Shown: in pieces, positions 30,254 through 32,000 of the stretch
Numbering within the stretch: the stretch's first letter is position 1
How the letters are laid out: every line of letters starts with the position of its first letter
Source: Corynebacterium amycolatum
Lineage (GTDB): Bacteria; Actinomycetota; Actinomycetes; Mycobacteriales; Mycobacteriaceae
Length of the DNA stretch: 32,000 bases
Assembly: GCF_049243625.1 (NCBI RefSeq)
Contig: NZ_CP046975.1
Direction: 5' to 3' (one strand)
The notes under the pieces: model-generated
What the model saw: the letters and a program-made list of their open reading frames with translations, nothing else
What the model was told of the DNA's origin: nothing
Databases searched by the model: none
Made by a program: the position numbers and the translations under genes

Positions 30254-30330
30254 GCTGCGACGGCAGGTTATTGCGAAGCCTCTAGTGGGTATTGTTTTCT
30301 CCCGCGCGGCAGTCACGTTAGGGTAGGGGA

Positions 30331-31023
30331 ATGCGCCTTGTGATTGCTGAATGCACCGTCGACTATGTCGGTCGCTTGAATGCCCATCTGCCTCATGCTC
30401 CGCGCTTGCTGTTGGTGAAAGCTGATGGGTCTGTCTCTGTGCATGCCGACGACCGTGCATATAAGCCCCTGAACTGGATGACACCGCCGTGCACGCTGAC
30501 GGAGAAGGATATTCTCGACGAGTCGGGTGAGGACACTGGTGAAAAGCTTTGGGTCGTTGAGAACAAGAAGGGCGAGCAGCTTCGTATCACTATCGGCAAG
30601 GTGTTAGCTGATAGCACCTACGAGCTGGGAGAGGATCCCGGCCTGGAGAAGGATGGTGTAGAAGCGCATCTACAGGAGCTGCTTGCAGATCAGTTCACAA
30701 CTTTTGGCGAGGGCTACACCCTGATTCGGCGCGAATACCCAACCGCGATTGGGCCGGTGGATCTGCTTGGCCGCGATGAAAACGGAGCCACTGTAGCAGT
30801 GGAGGTTAAGCGTCGGGGTGGTATCGATGGTGTCGAGCAGCTAACCCGTTACTTGGAGATGCTGAACCGCGATGAGCTGCTGGCACCGGTAGAGGGGATT
30901 TTTGCTGCCCAGGAGATTAAGCCACAGGCCAAGACTCTGGCAGAGGACCGTGGTATTCGCTGTGTGACCGTGGATTACGACGCGCTGCGTGGCCTGGAGT
31001 CCAACGAATTGCGGTTGTTTTAG
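30331..31023 (+). CDS. nucS: Endonuclease NucS (EndoMS), mismatch-specific nuclease of non-canonical MMR
   Basis: 230 aa with SD ggtagggga. N-terminal [16 protein letters not shown]... and a RecB-like nuclease core ([33 protein letters not shown]). The C-terminal ...NELRLF resembles a beta-clamp-binding tail. Confidence 0.93.
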   Translation: MRLVIAECTVDYVGRLNAHLPHAPRLLLVKADGSVSVHADDRAYKPLNWMTPPCTLTEKDILDESGEDTGEKLWVVENKKGEQLRITIGKVLADSTYELGEDPGLEKDGVEAHLQELLADQFTTFGEGYTLIRREYPTAIGPVDLLGRDENGATVAVEVKRRGGIDGVEQLTRYLEMLNRDELLAPVEGIFAAQEIKPQAKTLAEDRGIRCVTVDYDALRGLESNELRLF

Positions 31024-31025
31024 TC

Positions 31026-31385
31026 ATGCCTAGGCGAAACCACAAGCGGCGCGGCAATCAACGGGGTAATCAACGCGGCAGGCGTAATAACCAAGGCCAG
31101 AATCGCGGCAGCCTGCCCGCATTTGGCAGTTCTTTTCAAAACACTCGCACTGAATCCGGGCCTGCCGGTTGGCAGGACGTGGACTTTGCGGTGCGTAACA
31201 TCAGCGCTGGCCAGTCCAATAAGATTTATCGCTGTCCGGGGTGCGACCAGGAAATCATGCCTGGGACCTCTCACATTGTGGCATGGCCACAGGATTATGG
31301 TGCCGGCGCCGATGACCGGCGCCATTGGCACACTAACTGCTGGCGCAACAGAGCTCACCGCACTATCACGCGCCGCTGGGGATAG
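31026..31385 (+). CDS. Small basic zinc-ribbon-like protein conserved next to nucS (function unknown)
   Basis: 119-aa ORF starting 2 nt after the nucS stop. N-terminal R/N/Q/G-rich tail (RRNHKRRGNQRGNQRGRRNNQGQNRG), then YRCPGCDQEI...DDRRHWHTNCW (CxxC ... HxHxxC). From memory, homologues sit beside nucS in other actinobacteria and are often labelled ATP/GTP-binding protein. Confidence 0.7.
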   Translation: MPRRNHKRRGNQRGNQRGRRNNQGQNRGSLPAFGSSFQNTRTESGPAGWQDVDFAVRNISAGQSNKIYRCPGCDQEIMPGTSHIVAWPQDYGAGADDRRHWHTNCWRNRAHRTITRRWG

Positions 31386-31387
31386 AT

Positions 31388-31840
31388 TTACTTTGCCGGC
31401 TCAACGAGCTCCAGCAGGACGCCACCGGCATCCTTCGGGTGGATGAAGTTGATGCGCGAACCTGCGGTGCCAATCTTCGGCTCCGGGTAGAGCACGCGGG
31501 TGCCCTGCTCCTTCAGATGTGCCATCAGAGCCTCCAAATCAGTGACGCGAACTGCGTACTGCTGGATTCCCGGCCCCTTCTTGTCCAGGTACTTTGCAAT
31601 GGTGGACTGGTCATTCAGCGGCGCGAGAATCTGAACCAGAGTGCCACCTTCAACCTTGTCGGCCGGGCCGACCATGGCCTCGTGGACGCCCTGCTCTTCA
31701 TTGACCTCATCGTGGTAGTTGATGAACCCCAGGTTTGCGCGGTACCACTCAATAGCGGCATCAAAATCTGGGACCGCGACGCCGACGTGATCAACAGCGA
31801 CTACGTACTTATGGGGAACGGGAATCTGTGTCTCACTCAT
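31388..31840 (-). CDS. mce: Methylmalonyl-CoA epimerase (VOC/glyoxalase superfamily)
   Basis: I take ATG 31840 (MSETQIPVPHKYVVAVDHVGVAVPDFDAAIEWY...), giving 150 aa. Typical MCE blocks are present: DHVGVAV, IQQYAVRVTD, FIHPKDAGGVLLELVE. The ORF-track N-terminal extension to 31999 would overlap the divergent gene. Confidence 0.85.
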   Translation of the reverse strand: MSETQIPVPHKYVVAVDHVGVAVPDFDAAIEWYRANLGFINYHDEVNEEQGVHEAMVGPADKVEGGTLVQILAPLNDQSTIAKYLDKKGPGIQQYAVRVTDLEALMAHLKEQGTRVLYPEPKIGTAGSRINFIHPKDAGGVLLELVEPAK

Positions 31841-31871
31841 AGTTTCCAGAGTACTCGCTATTATCGGCGCC

Positions 31872-32000
31872 ATGATTGTCGCATTTTCTGTTGCCCCCAC
31901 TTTCTCCGATCCTGAGCAGGGAATGGCTGAGGCCGTTGCTGAAGCCGTACGTGTTGTGCGCGAATCTGGCCTGCCCAACGAAACTAATGCCATGTTCACC
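31872..32000 (+). CDS. MTH1187/YkoF-like (DUF77) thiamine-binding family protein, N-terminal fragment (3' end outside window)
   Basis: ATG 31872 opens a frame that runs to the window edge: MIVAFSVAPTFSDPEQGMAEAVAEAVRVVRESGLPNETNAMFT. The pattern M-x-VAFSV-P ... SGL..ETNAM.T is characteristic of the family. It is missing from the ORF track because it is truncated. Confidence 0.6.
   Translation, partial: MIVAFSVAPTFSDPEQGMAEAVAEAVRVVRESGLPNETNAMFT

Noticed and set aside
31841-31999. 53-codon N-terminal extension of the mce ORF.
   Set aside because: It would overlap the divergent DUF77 gene start. The extension is S/T/A-rich filler, whereas MSETQIPVPHKYVVAVDHVGVAV is a normal epimerase N-terminus.

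Overview
This 32-kb window is high-GC actinobacterial chromosome, mostly conserved core. The gene order is argS-lysA-hom-thrB, acyl-CoA synthetase (minus), rho-prfA-prmC-tsaC-wecA, atpI-like, atpBEFHAGDC, DUF2550, nucS, Zn-ribbon gene, mce (minus), DUF77. From memory this matches the Corynebacterium/Mycobacterium core neighbourhood (M. tuberculosis Rv1292-Rv1322A region). hom-thrB without thrC, and separate atpF and atpH, point to a Corynebacterium-type genome. The left 7.5 kb looks more accessory. It holds two tandem MarR paralogues, a chelate/siderophore-type ABC importer (lipoprotein, FecCD permease, ATPase), tRNA-Arg(CCG) and lutABC on the minus strand. I support 32 CDS (two cut by the window edges), one tRNA, five hairpin terminators and one coding low-complexity repeat. 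I found no transposase, integrase, CRISPR array, phage gene or recognisable defence or toxin gene, so I cannot support a complete novel multi-gene system here. The best leads are: (1) a ~210-aa Arg/Asn/Asp-rich disordered insertion in Rho, encoded by a codon-level repeat that leaves five of six frames open; (2) a small basic CxxC...HxHxxC protein translationally adjacent to nucS; (3) the uncharacterised DUF2550 gene directly behind the atp operon; (4) a MarR paralogue whose DNA-binding wing is entirely acidic; (5) a long structured rho leader. All function calls rest on motifs read by eye from the translations and on remembered synteny. No database search was run.
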